A stretch of DNA of 55,558 nucleotides, filler included, from Squatina squatina (Eukaryota), in NCBI GenBank assembly GCA_031763465.1. It is 3 parts of 3 records of this genome, joined end to end, with 100 filler letters (N's around TTAATTAATTAA, not from the genome) between each part and the next. Parts side by side here need not be neighbours in the genome. Positions count along the whole stretch, not along the records: positions 1 to 24,275 come from JARFOE010000120.1; 2 more parts are not named here. One strand, given 5' to 3'. The position numbers and the translations under genes were made by a program. This document shows positions 1 through 10,810 of this stretch, piece by piece; the first letter of the stretch is position 1; the number at the start of each line of letters is the position of its first letter. The notes under the pieces are model-generated. The model was not told the origin of the DNA. It ran no database searches and saw only the letters and a list, made by a program, of their open reading frames with translations.

Positions 1-19
1 GGACACTGTGGAGTGCTCT

Positions 20-242
20 GCTTCAATCTAGTGCCGTGGGGCTCTTTGACATCCATCTGAAAGGGCAGACAGGGCCGCGGTTCAGCATCTCATGCCATGG
101 CACCTCCCTCAGTGCAGCACTCCCTCAGTACTGCATTGGGAATACCAGCAGGGATTTGTGTGCTCAAATCTCTGGAGTGGGACTTGAACCCACAAACCTC
201 TGACCCAGAGGCAAGAGTGCCGCCCACTGAGCCACGGTTGGC
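20..242 (-). mobile_element. Deu-domain SINE (SacSINE1-like), 5' part
   Basis: Reverse strand has a tRNA-like head (gtggctcagtgg...gggttcaagtcccact) followed by cagtactgagggagtgctgcac. Confidence 0.8.
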
Positions 243-1329
243 ATGGCAAAGAGGAGCCTAGAGAGGGAGGAAAAGCCTAGAGTCTAATTCCCTGAGATGA
301 TGGTTACAACGTCCTACACTGAGGTTAAACAATGGATCTCCCTTCGCCGAGCCAATGCATACTCATTCCTCTCATTTAATTTGTGCAGAGAGCTGAAAGG
401 TCACTGGACTTCAGTTGTCAGTTGATAAGCTTGACATGATTCCGTGAAGATGGCTGCCAGGCAGGAATGTTTACTGATGCTTGAATGTGATTTAATTCAA
501 TGTGAGCTGCAAAAACCCAGCGGAGACTGAGTTGCGAGAGTCGGACACCNNNNNNNNNNNNNNNNNNNNNNNNNNNNNNNNNNNNNNNNNNNNNNNNNNN
601 NNNNNNNNNNNNNNNNNNNNNNNNNNNNNNNNNNNNNNNNNNNNNNNNNCACTCAGTTCCCAGGTGCCCTGTTTCCCTCACTGTGCCGTTATCAGCTCGC
701 ACTTTCAGCAACTTTGTGGGCAAGAAGGTTTTGAGCTGAAGGATGTGGAGGGGTGTGCAAGACTGACTAATGGCAGATGCCCTTCTAGATGCCCTGCTAC
801 AGCAAAAATCTGGCCCAGTGGCACAAGTGGTGCTGTTCCACTGCAGCATCTTGTGATTTGGGCAGAGATCCTCTATAATGAAATGGCTCGTAGCCAATCA
901 GATTATGGGTTTCTAAATAGCTAAACTCAAAACTGCCATCCATGGTTGCAACATTGATTTAAGGGCAGAAGATTAATAGTCATCAGAAGATTTCATTAGT
1001 GCAGACATCCCCATATTATTAGCATCAGACTTCTGCAGAGGATATCAATAATATTTAGCAGCAGCCGTGTCATCAATGTCATTGCATTAGGATTGTAGAG
1101 AGCTTAAAGCTGGGGTACCAAACTGGAAGCAAAATTCCGCCATTCCATTTATTTCCCGTCATTATTTCATTTGGCAGCAGCTTTCCTTCCAAATGCTTTA
1201 CTTTAATTTTATTAAAACAACNNNNNNNNNNNNNNNNNNNNNNNNNNNNNNNNNNNNNNNNNNNNNNNNNNNNNNNNNNNNNNNNNNNNNNNNNNNNNNN
1301 NNNNNNNNNNNNNNNNNNNNNTAAAAAAA

Positions 1330-1767
1330 AACTTGTACTTGTATAACTCCTTTCACGACCACCAAACATCTCAAAGCACTTTATAGCCAATGAACTGCAG
1401 TAATGTAGGAAACACAGCAGGCATTTTTTACACAGCAAGCTCCCATTAACAGCAATGGGATAATGACCTGATAATCTGTTTTCAGTGGTGTTGACAGAGG
1501 GACAAATATTGGTCAGGACACCGGGGAGAACTCCTGTGCTTTTTGAAATAATGTCATGGGATCTTTTATGTCCACCTGAGAGAGGGGATGGGGGGCTTAG
1601 TTTAATATCTCATCTGAAAGACAACACTTCTGACAGCATAGCATTCCCTCAGCGCTGCACTGGGGTGGCAGCCTAGATTTATGTACTCAAGCTCCTCGAA
1701 TGGAACTTGAACCCACCACCATTTGGACTCAGAGGTGAATATGCTGCCCACTGAGTCACAGCTGACA
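1330..1767 (-). mobile_element. Deu-domain SINE, near full length
   Basis: tRNA-like head, Deu core and L2-like tail on the reverse strand. Collinear with the copy at 20483. Confidence 0.85.
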
Positions 1768-2499
1768 GTGGTAGCTAATTAACATTTGCAGCACTTTTAT
1801 TCACAAGTCAATAACAATGCCACTGAATTTAAGATGCCCAGCAAAAGTCATATTCGGTTATAAATAGATTTAACAATAGTAAGTCTCTTCTTGTGTGAGT
1901 TTACAGCCCAGGTTATCAGCAACAGCACCAGAATAGCTCTAAAAAAACATTCAATCATTCGCTTCAAGGTGATCTCCATCTGTAAGCTTTGCTTATCAGC
2001 AGAATGTTAAGCACAAGAATATTTTAATGGAGTGATTTCAGGAGATCGTATCACAAGGCAATGAATAAACCTGTCTCCTCCATTAATATCAGGAAACCAG
2101 TACGGAAACTACAATTTGCCACTTTAAGGTTTTAGAAATGTTTATTTTCTTGTAAAGAAAGGAGGAAATGGTACTTCAATAAAAGGAAATGCACATTCTG
2201 ACCTGTTATTCAGGCAAGGCAAATCATCCAGTATATTTGCTTCTCCTTGATTAATGTGATGGATAGCTCTGGAAAGCAAGCATATTTGGGCAATAAATCT
2301 ACCAGGTTATTGGTAACTGTCGCATGAGCTTTGCAAACAGAGTTGGTAGCGTGTAGATGTATACTGTCAGGTGACTGAATCACAAAGCCTCAGAGAATGG
2401 TCACGGTTGATATAGGCGGTGTGGCTTCATGTGCCATCTTACTTTCTGGCTAAAACCAAACCACAAGGCTGTAAGCCTTTTCACCTTGTTTGTTTCTCT

Positions 2500-3011
2500 G
2501 GGGGAAAAATTCAATGCATTTGCGCCTCCCATTAGCGGGGGTGGGGGTGGGTGGAGTGGGTGGTGCTAACAGGGCGCCAATACTTTTACCGCCCGGGCGC
2601 AAGGCTGGCAACGACTCCCGCCATATTGGGCGGCGCTACGGCTTTGCGCCCCGATCGCCTGGGCCCGGAGAACGTGACGTCATCGCCGCACGCATCGCCC
2701 CGTTAGCGCCCCTGGACCCCAAAATTCACTTGCGCTCCCCCCCCCGCAGCAGCGCCGGACGAAAACACTGGCGGCTGCAGGAGGCAGGAGGCCGCTACCG
2801 GGGAAATAAAAACAAAAACAGTTACCTTGCTTTTCGTTGTTTTCTTGGCGGGGTCTTGGTCGCGATCGCTCTGCTTGAGCGCCGGGCTGATCGCGCGGCA
2901 CCCCCCGTCCGATGGTGGTCTGGGTCGGTTCCCTTTTCATTTGCAGAGTCTGCAGCATGGGTTCTTCCCTTTAAGGCAAGGAATGGCCCCTCAGTCACGG
3001 CAGCGCTGCAT
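2500..3011. mobile_element. GC/CpG-rich non-autonomous DNA-transposon-like element, left part
   Basis: Abrupt CpG-rich block starting ggggaaaaattc with a subterminal dyad. Runs into a gap. Confidence 0.5.
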
Positions 3012-3851
3012 NNNNNNNNNNNNNNNNNNNNNNNNNNNNNNNNNNNNNNNNNNNNNNNNNNNNNNNNNNNNNNNNNNNNNNNNNNNNNNNNNNNNNNNNN
3101 NNNNNNNNNNNAAAGGGAATACAAGATGACAGCTTAACATTGGGGTTCCGCTAACATCTGCAGGCCGCTCAAACCTTTCCTCTGTGTCTTATAATACCAT
3201 CAGAACCACCGGAGTAAATTACAGCCTTAATACTCCGAGCCATCTATACTTCTACACATTTAACTCCATGACTCAATAAAAAGGCAATTTGTTTTAAAAT
3301 ATGCATTCAAATTTCCTGTTGACCATGGTAATTGTGGCTGCTCTGCTATAAAATGGCTGAGCGAGGCAGATTTACTGCAGTAAAACTTCACTCACAGCCT
3401 GCTGTATGGAGCTGGTGCACTGCAAGCTTCTCCTCTGCTCACACAGCGGCTGATGATGAATTGGAAAGCATACTTTGAAGAGGAAATTCTCGGCTCTAAA
3501 CAACGTGTACTTATTGTAAGTAGCACAGTCCACCGATATCTACCTACCTACATTAAGTCATTTTTATCCTTCCATCTTTACAGGAATAAAACGCTTCCCA
3601 TTAACTGAGGGGGAGCATTGTGTACTGTGGACAGATATTCAGAAATCTTATTGTCACAAACCTTTCAAGACTGGGTAAATATCTTGGTTCGGAACGGGAC
3701 TGAAGGTTAAATAGATTAGCATACTCAAATTACATACTCCGTAAACTGATCCCTTTGTCGCTGTGGCATGTGGTTCTGCAACACAGTTGACCAAACTTAC
3801 AGAACTTTTCTTCAGGGAAGTAAATTTCTCATTGTACTATCTCTTCTCTCT

Positions 3852-4240
3852 AAATCTCGGCTGACACTCCAGTGCAGTGCTGAAGGAGTGCCGCACCGTC
3901 AGAGGTGCTGTCTTTTGGATGAGACATTAAACCGAGGCCCCGTCTGCTCTCTCAGGTGGGCGTAAAAGATCTCACGGCCACTTTTTCGAAGAAGAGCAGC
4001 GGAGTTATTTCTGGTGTCCCGGCCAATATTTATCCCTCAACCAACATCACTAAATTAGATTATCTGGTCATCATCACGTTGCTGTTTGTGGAAGCTTCCT
4101 GTGCACAGATTAGCTGCTGCATTCCTACATTACAACAGTAACTACACTTCAAAAAGTACTTCATTGGCTGTAAAGTGCTTTGGGACATTGTGGGGTTATG
4201 AAAGGTGCTATAGAAATGCAAGTTCCTTCTTGCTTTCTTT
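3852..4240 (+). mobile_element. Deu-domain SINE, 5'-truncated
   Basis: gatgagacattaaaccgaggccccgtctgctctctcaggtgg...aaaggtgctatagaaatgcaagt. Confidence 0.85.
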
Positions 4241-4509
4241 CTCTTACACTCTTTTACAGGATCTTTCCTCTTTAAAACCCAAACTTGGTGCAACTTAATC
4301 ACTGGCTTTTATTTTCTTCTCTGCTCCTTTTGACCTTGGAGGGCTCCTGCACTCTTCCTGCGCTCACTTGGGCATCTCAACAGAGAAAAGAATAAGTGAG
4401 TAGAATTCACGATAGGGCATGGTGGATCAAAGCAACTATCTCAATCCATGCTTCCTTGTGTTAGATGCCAAGATTCCATTGCAAAAGCAAAATACTGGAA
4501 ACAACATGA

Positions 4510-4614
4510 GGGAAAAACCTGCTTGACCTCGTCCTCACCAAACCACCGGTAGCAGAAGCATCTGTCCATGACAGCATTGGTAGCAGTGACCACTGCACAG
4601 TCATTGTGGAGACA
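4510..4614 (+). mobile_element. CR1-group LINE ORF2 fragment (AP-endonuclease C-terminus)
   Basis: Translates GKNLLDLVLTKPPVAEASVHDSIGSSDHCTVIVET, with LDLVLT and SDH motifs. Confidence 0.75.
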
Positions 4615-4997
4615 NNNNNNNNNNNNNNNNNNNNNNNNNNNNNNNNNNNNNNNNNNNNNNNNNNNNNNNNNNNNNNNNNNNNNNNNNNNNNNNNNNNNNN
4701 NNNNNNNNNNNNNNGCTGGACCGGGAGCTAATGTAGGTATGAAAGAAGTGCAATTAATTCAATCTGGAGCTCATGATAGTGTAGAATCTTTAGCTGCATT
4801 TACACTACACGTTTAACAATGGTGTGCAGCCGTTTCAGATTTGCGCTGAGAAAAGCTTGTGTCGTGTAAATCGGATGCTAAGGCCTGAACTGATTCCGAA
4901 GTGAGGTTCACTGAGATTACCTCCTGGGAGACTCCTCCCTCCTGGGAGCCTCACTCCTCTTCACCCTGGCGTCAGGTCAGGCTCTGACCCAGCTTCA

Positions 4998-5279
4998 GGC
5001 TGCATTTACACTATAACGGCAGCGTCGATGTGAAGCAAAACCGCTTCGCACTGACACGAAAGGGAAAAGAAAGAGTTGAATTTATATAGAGCCTTTCACG
5101 ACCTCAGGGTGTCCTAAAGCACCTTGCAGCTGATGAAGTGTTTTTTTCTGAAGCGTAGTCACTATTTTAATGTAGGAAATGCAGCGGCCAATTTGCACGC
5201 GGCAATCTCCCATAAAACGGCAAGGTGACAATGACCAGGTAATTTTTTTTTAAACTGCAGTTGTAGTGTAAATGCACCC
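4998..5279. mobile_element. MITE with ~25-bp terminal inverted repeats (PIF/Harbinger-like) containing a SINE fragment
   Basis: Left end is ggctgcatttacactataacggcag. Right end reverse complement is gggtgcatttacactacaactgcag. A related end agctgcatttacactacac occurs at 4792. Confidence 0.6.
5068..5250 (-). mobile_element. Deu-domain SINE 3' part
   Basis: tttatatagagcctttcacgacctcaggg...gcagcggccaatttgcac, the reverse complement of the SINE tail. Confidence 0.75.
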
Positions 5280-6099
5280 TTTGAGACTGCCAGTACAACC
5301 AGGGTTTACCTGAGTGTATCGCGAGGAGCGGCATTTATATGAGCCAGTTTGGAAAAGAGATGATGTTACTCGCAGATTGTCCTTCAGTGCCAGCCTCAAA
5401 GACCCAGCCATGCAAAGGTGCAGTTAGCGTGTCAGGTGCTTTAGTTTTAAAGGAAAATTCTCCTTTATAAGTTTAGATAGAATAGTTTGGGCTCCAGAGA
5501 ATATAGATAAAAGCCACGAACACTTGCTGACACATGTGGTTGGCACCTCAAAATGAATTACAGTAAACAAGCAATTGAGCCCAGAGTGTTAAGTTCATCT
5601 TGCTGCGATCTTCCTCAAGAGAAAGCAAATTGATCGAGGCAGAACGAGGACACTCTTCTGTGGTTTGAGAGCGTGCACTAATGGGACAGTTTCCATTTAA
5701 CATGATCAGTGGAGTGAAGAATTATGGGAATATAATTGATTCTCCTCAGTAACTATGGTGTTCAGGTCAACAGGGCAGCAAGTCCTGTGTTGGGCTGCAC
5801 ATTATAACCATGGAATGACACAATTAACGGCAAGATCCTAGTGTTTCTGAGGGATGGTAATGAGAGAAGTAGTAACAAGCCAGATCAAAACATCATTTTT
5901 TAAGTCAGGGATAAAGACATTACTTGCATTAATCAAGGCTTTGTAATGAGCCACGATAACTAGCTTTGCTTTCTTTCTTTCTTGTAAAGTTTACGCCTCT
6001 CTTCTTAGTCAGGCCTATGGACCGGGCAGGCAGCCCACTAAGAACTCTATGGGTAAATAAGCATCAAAGAAATTGAATGCATTTTCAAAAAAACAAATA

Positions 6100-6320
6100 A
6101 GAAAGGCTTGCATTTATATAGCACCTTTCACGACCACCGAACATCCCCCAAAGTGCTTTACAGCCAATGAAGCACTTTTGAAGTGCAGTCACTGCTGTCA
6201 TGTGGAAACACGGCAATCAATTTGCACACAGCAAGCTCCCACAAGCAGCAATGTGATAATGACCAGATAATCTGTTTTTGTGTTGTTGATTGAGGGATAA
6301 ATATTGCCCAGGACACCGGA
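6100..6320 (-). mobile_element. Deu-domain SINE 3' part
   Basis: cttgcatttatatagcacctttcacgacc...gagggataaatattgcccaggacaccgg. Confidence 0.85.
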
Positions 6321-6374
6321 GCAATGAAAATCAGGGATGAGCAAGTGTCCAGAATTGGAGGAATGCTGTGATCG

Positions 6375-6700
6375 GGAATGGTAGCACGTGGTACTGGACT
6401 AGTAATGCAGAGGTCTGGACTACTGTTCTGGGAACATGAGTTCAAATCACACCATGGCATCTGAGGATTGTCATAAAAACCCATCTGGTTCACTAATGTC
6501 CTTACCCTTACCCAGTCTGGCCTATATGTGAGTCCAGACCCAAGCAATGTGGGTGACTCTTAATTGCCCCCTGAAATGGCCTAGCAGACCACTCAGTTGT
6601 ATTCAAGAAGGTGGCTCACCACCACCTTCTCCAGGGCAATCAGGGATGGGCAATAAATGCTGGCATTGCCAGTGATGCCCACATCACATGAACAACTAAT
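6375..6700 (+). mobile_element. Second tRNA-headed SINE family with a CR1-type tail
   Basis: Head tactggactagtaatgcagag...gagttcaaatc. Tail ttcaagaaggtggctcaccaccaccttctc...gggcaataaatgctggc...cccacatc. Confidence 0.7.
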
Positions 6701-6804
6701 ACAAAAAAAAAATTAAATCTCGGAGGGTTGTAGGATTGGAGGAGGTTGCAGAAATAAGGGGTGTCGAGGTCATGAAGGGGATTTCTCGAAATAGTGCCGT
6801 TGGT

Positions 6805-6922
6805 ACTTCTACGCCTGCATGAGAGAGCAAATCAACATCTCATCGGAAAGACGGCACCTCTGACAGTGCCGCACTCCCTCAGTACTGCACTGGAGTGTCA
6901 GCCTGGATTTTTGTGCTCAAGT
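6805..6922 (-). mobile_element. Deu-domain SINE core fragment
   Basis: catctcatcggaaagacggcacctctgacagtgccgcactccctcagtactgcactggagtgtcagcc. Confidence 0.8.
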
Positions 6923-7309
6923 TTACGGAGTACTTTTTCTCATATGCCTCTTCCACTGTTGAAGTGTTCCATATCCACCTACTGGCCAGAATCTAACCAG
7001 CCCTGCAAGTGTGAGTTTAGAGGCAGGACCGCTGTCAAAATTGCCGTGATTGACAGCAGGAGGGAAGTCCGCTCTGAACACGCCTCCTTGTGAATTTCCA
7101 AAGTGCCGGCTCTGGCTGTGGTTTGCAGACCCGGCACTAAGCGACGTGTCAGGATAGTTAAGAAGCTGCTTAAAGCTATTTAAGCNNNNNNNNNNNNNNN
7201 NNNNNNNNNNNNNNNNNNNNNNNNNNNNNNNNNNNNNNNNNNNNNNNNNNNNNNNNNNNNNNNNNNNNNNNNNNNNNNNNNNNNNTTCTTTTCTTGGAGA
7301 TCTTTTGAT

Positions 7310-7311
<2 letters not shown>

Positions 7312-7340
<29 letters not shown>
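7312..7340. repeat. (GT)n microsatellite
   Basis: Direct dinucleotide run. Confidence 0.9.
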
Positions 7341-7342
<2 letters not shown>

Positions 7343-7852
7343 ACAAGGATTGGGCTTGACTGTGACCCTCCCTTTACAGTTGCATAGCCTGTTGTCGCTC
7401 ACTATTGAGACTCGTGCATGGAAAAATAGCCTCTTGAGCAAGGTACTGGAACCATGTCCCAATGTGAATCACTGACCTCAGGAGGGAAAATTTAGAGAGA
7501 TGGTAGGGGAGCAATTCAGGCACATTGTGATTCTCTCTTGTACACTTGGACGTTCGCTCGCTCTCTCTCTGTTGCACTTTTATGAAATCCCAGTGGTAGT
7601 GTTGACATTGGCATCGCTTCACAATATTATGTTTTTGAGTTGGGTCGGAGATCCTTTGCCAGGCAGCATTGTAACCTGCAAACATTGAGAGTTATCCAAA
7701 TCCATTCAAGCACCAACTGTTTAAATAATGTAGATTCTGGAGCTGTCCAAACATGTCCAGATGAAAATCACAGCCAGTGGAGTAGCTTGAAATGATGATT
7801 CTCTGTCACCCCCCCCCCCCCCCCCCAACCCCAACCTTTTGCTCACCAATTT

Positions 7853-8050
7853 TCATAGAATCACAGAATAGTAAAGCACAGAAGGAGGCCATTCAGCCCA
7901 TCGACTCTGTGCCAGCTCTTGAAGAGCAATCCAGTCAGGCCCACTCCCCCTGCTCTTTCCCCATAACCCTGCCAATTTTTCTGCTTAAAGTATTTGAACT
8001 ATTGAATCTCTTTTCACTACCCTTTCAGGCACTACATTCCAAATCCTAAC
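7853..8050 (-). mobile_element. CR1 LINE 3' end
   Basis: catagaatcacagaat...acagaaggaggccattcagccc...ccactccccctgctctttcccc. Similar tails occur at about 12058-12163, 15500-15590, 17150-17272, 40097-40172 and 42955-43045. Confidence 0.75.
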
Positions 8051-8502
8051 CATTCGTTGCATAAATATTTTTTACCCTCGTGTCACCTCTGCCTCTTGCC
8101 GATCTGTGCCCTCTGGTTATCGACCCTTCAGCCAGTGGAAACAGTTTCTCTTTCTTTACTCTCTCCACCCTTCATGTTTTTAAACAGAATTCCGATCTTT
8201 GCTATGCTAATTTTTCTTCCCTACATTTCTCTCTGGAGAGCACTGTTTCTCAACTGTTCCATGGACACCATTTTCCCCTCCATTAATTTACTGAATTGAC
8301 CATTGCTGGAAGCATGAGCCTTGACAGTGAGTATCAGTGGGCTATTTGACTGCTGTTCCTACCCTTGTCAGAAGGATACACTTACCATAGAGGGAGTGCA
8401 ACNNNNNNNNNNNNNNNNNNNNNNNNNNNNNNNNNNNNNNNNNNNNNNNNNNNNNNNNNNNNNNNNNNNNNNNNNNNNNNNNNNNNNNNNNNNNNNNNNN
8501 NN

Positions 8503-8625
8503 CTGCAGAAGGCACGGGGGCCAATGGTGGAGCGTTGAAAATTGGGGACGGACACGAGGCCAAAATTGGAGGAACACAGAGGTCTCGGAGGGTTGTAGGC
8601 CTGGACAAGGTTATAGCGATGGGGA
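8503..8625 (-). mobile_element. L2 LINE ORF2 C-terminal fragment
   Basis: Translates YNLVQAYNPPRPLCSSNFGLVSVPNFQRSTIGPRAF. Homologous to 27720-27830, with a smaller piece at about 6717-6785. Confidence 0.7.
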
Positions 8626-9158
8626 GGACAAGGCCAACCAAATAGGCAAGAATGTGATAAAAAGGAGGAGGAATCCAAATAAAGCTGAAGTTTGTTTCCA
8701 CTGAGCAATCCCCTATGGCTGTTTTGGGAGTGAAACGTTAAGCATGTGGAAAGGCAAGCTGTGGTGTGAGGCAGGTATTCCATCTTCTGCTATATAAACA
8801 GTCTTATAATTCCTCTAATTAAACAGTGGTGTAATGAGGTACTGTAAAAATACCAGCCAGTTCACAGATCTGCCAGAGTCTTGTGTAACCCTCAATATTT
8901 TTGGTGCTGTTCATGTAAAACAGGCCATTAATACTCAAAACACCTTTCTTGCAAAGTACTGAAACTACGTACAGTTTTTTTTTATAAGTCAGAGCAATTT
9001 TGCAAGTCAAATGGCTGGTGTTTTGTCTCTGGTACATTGGCATTTATTTCATCTATAANNNNNNNNNNNNNNNNNNNNNNNNNNNNNNNNNNNNNNNNNN
9101 NNNNNNNNNNNNNNNNNNNNNNNNNNNNNNNNNNNNNNNNNNNNNNNNNNNNNNNNNN

Positions 9159-9244
9159 ATCCAGGACCCTTAGGTAAGTACGTAACTTTTTTTGCGATTG
9201 GAGGCACCCGCACGCAGGAAGCCTCCAATCGCAATCTCAGGGCC
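9159..9244. mobile_element. GC-rich element end with a subterminal hairpin
   Basis: Reverse complement aligns with 36434-36520. Perfect 14-bp stem at 9192-9205/9221-9234. Confidence 0.55.
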
Positions 9245-10317
9245 AATAAAAGGACTTTTTAGGACAAAACGTGCTTATAATTGAGCAGTTCTCGGTATTT
9301 TGGAAATGAATTTGGCCCAAGTCTTGCCGCTGAGTGCCTTGCAGTGCATTAATTGGACATGAGACAGCACAAAAAAACATGGAGTCATTCCCTGCTCAGT
9401 GAAGGCGTCAAATTTAATGAGTTGTTCATTCATTGGAAAGAGTAACTTAAGGTTAAGTATGGATTAGACTATAAACCCAATTACTCCGTGAGGTCTTCGA
9501 GAATGCAGTAATCTCTTCTAATCATGGTGCTGACACCAAGCTATAGTCACGTGGCTTCACATATTGATTTTACTGTCACATAACTTGCAAACTACTGTTT
9601 TCTTAACTTGAAGTTTAGCTCAAAGTGCTGACTCCATCACGTAAAGGTAATAGAAAAATGGGCCGCATTAACTTTACCATTCATAGAAGAATAAAGTTGA
9701 TAGAATAATGAAAATTGCAGGAAGAGGTGATTTCAGTTCATAGGTGTCATGCACATTCATCACGAGCCAACTTTCATGAGATATGTGGATGACAGATAGA
9801 GTGTGGGCGAGCAGGTGTCCTGTTAATGGGAATGTTCATTTAAAGAGAATATTTGCACATATTCCCAATGCATTTTCCCATTCATTCCACAGTGTTTTCT
9901 TAGTAGGAATGTTTATATTTAGAGTATTTTTATTTGCCACAAAGTGTATCCATTAAAAAGCTTTTATTCTACTGTACCGAGCTTCCAGTGCCAGGCCTGT
10001 AGCAGCAGGTTCACTGTAATGTAATTAAAGCCCAGGTCTAAAAGCTGTTTTACATTTTTACAACATGAGTGACCCCTGCTACTTAACAATAAAATGACTG
10101 GGCTAATAACCAAATAATCACAAGTTCATTTGAGAAGCACTTGAATAACCTAACATTTGAAGTGGTAGAACTAACTCTTGCAAAACAGAGGGTCTGCTGC
10201 CTGGGGTATTTAAAGGACTTATTTGAGCTGGGTGCAAATGTTAAACCTTTCCACCTTTTGGTCAATATTTATGACTGACCCAATAAATGTACCTTTTCAA
10301 AAAGTACACCTGTACTT

Positions 10318-10810
10318 GGTGTCAGCCTTGACTCTGTGGTAGTACTCTCACCACTGAGTCAGAAGGTCATGTGTTCCAACTCCAGAATCCAGTATCAGTA
10401 CTGAGAGAGTGCTGCACTGTTGGAGGTGATATTAAACTGAGGCCTTGTCCGCCCTCTCTGGTGGATGTGAAAGATCCCATGTCACTACTTGATAAAAGAG
10501 TAGGGGGCTGAAATTCGGCACTTTTTAGTGACCCCATTTCTTGCCTTATGAAGGCATGATGGAGGCGCAAAAAAACCTTTGGGCATTAAAAGCCCGATTT
10601 GCGCCNNNNNNNNNNNNNNNNNNNNNNNNNNNNNNNNNNNNNNNNNNNNNNNNNNNNNNNNNNNNNNNNNNNNNNNNNNNNNNNNNNNNNNNNNNNNNNN
10701 NNNNNCTTTCGACAGTGACTACACTTCAAAAGTATTTCATGGGCTGTAAAGCGCTTTGAGACGTCCGGTGCTCATGAAAGGCGCTACAGAAATGCAAGCC
10801 TTTCTTTCTT
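10318..10810 (+). mobile_element. Deu-domain SINE interrupted at ~10503 by a GC-rich element and a gap
   Basis: Head and core at 10318-10500, tail at 10706-10810 (acagtgactacacttcaaaag...ggcgctacagaaatgcaagcc). Confidence 0.7.

Noticed and set aside
2490-3137. 215-aa ORF
   Set aside because: It lies in a GC-rich repeat with low stop density, spans a gap and has no recognisable domain.
3584-3675. Possible plus-strand exon (tttacag|GA...GG|gtaaat)
   Set aside because: One open frame but no recognisable protein and no partner exons.
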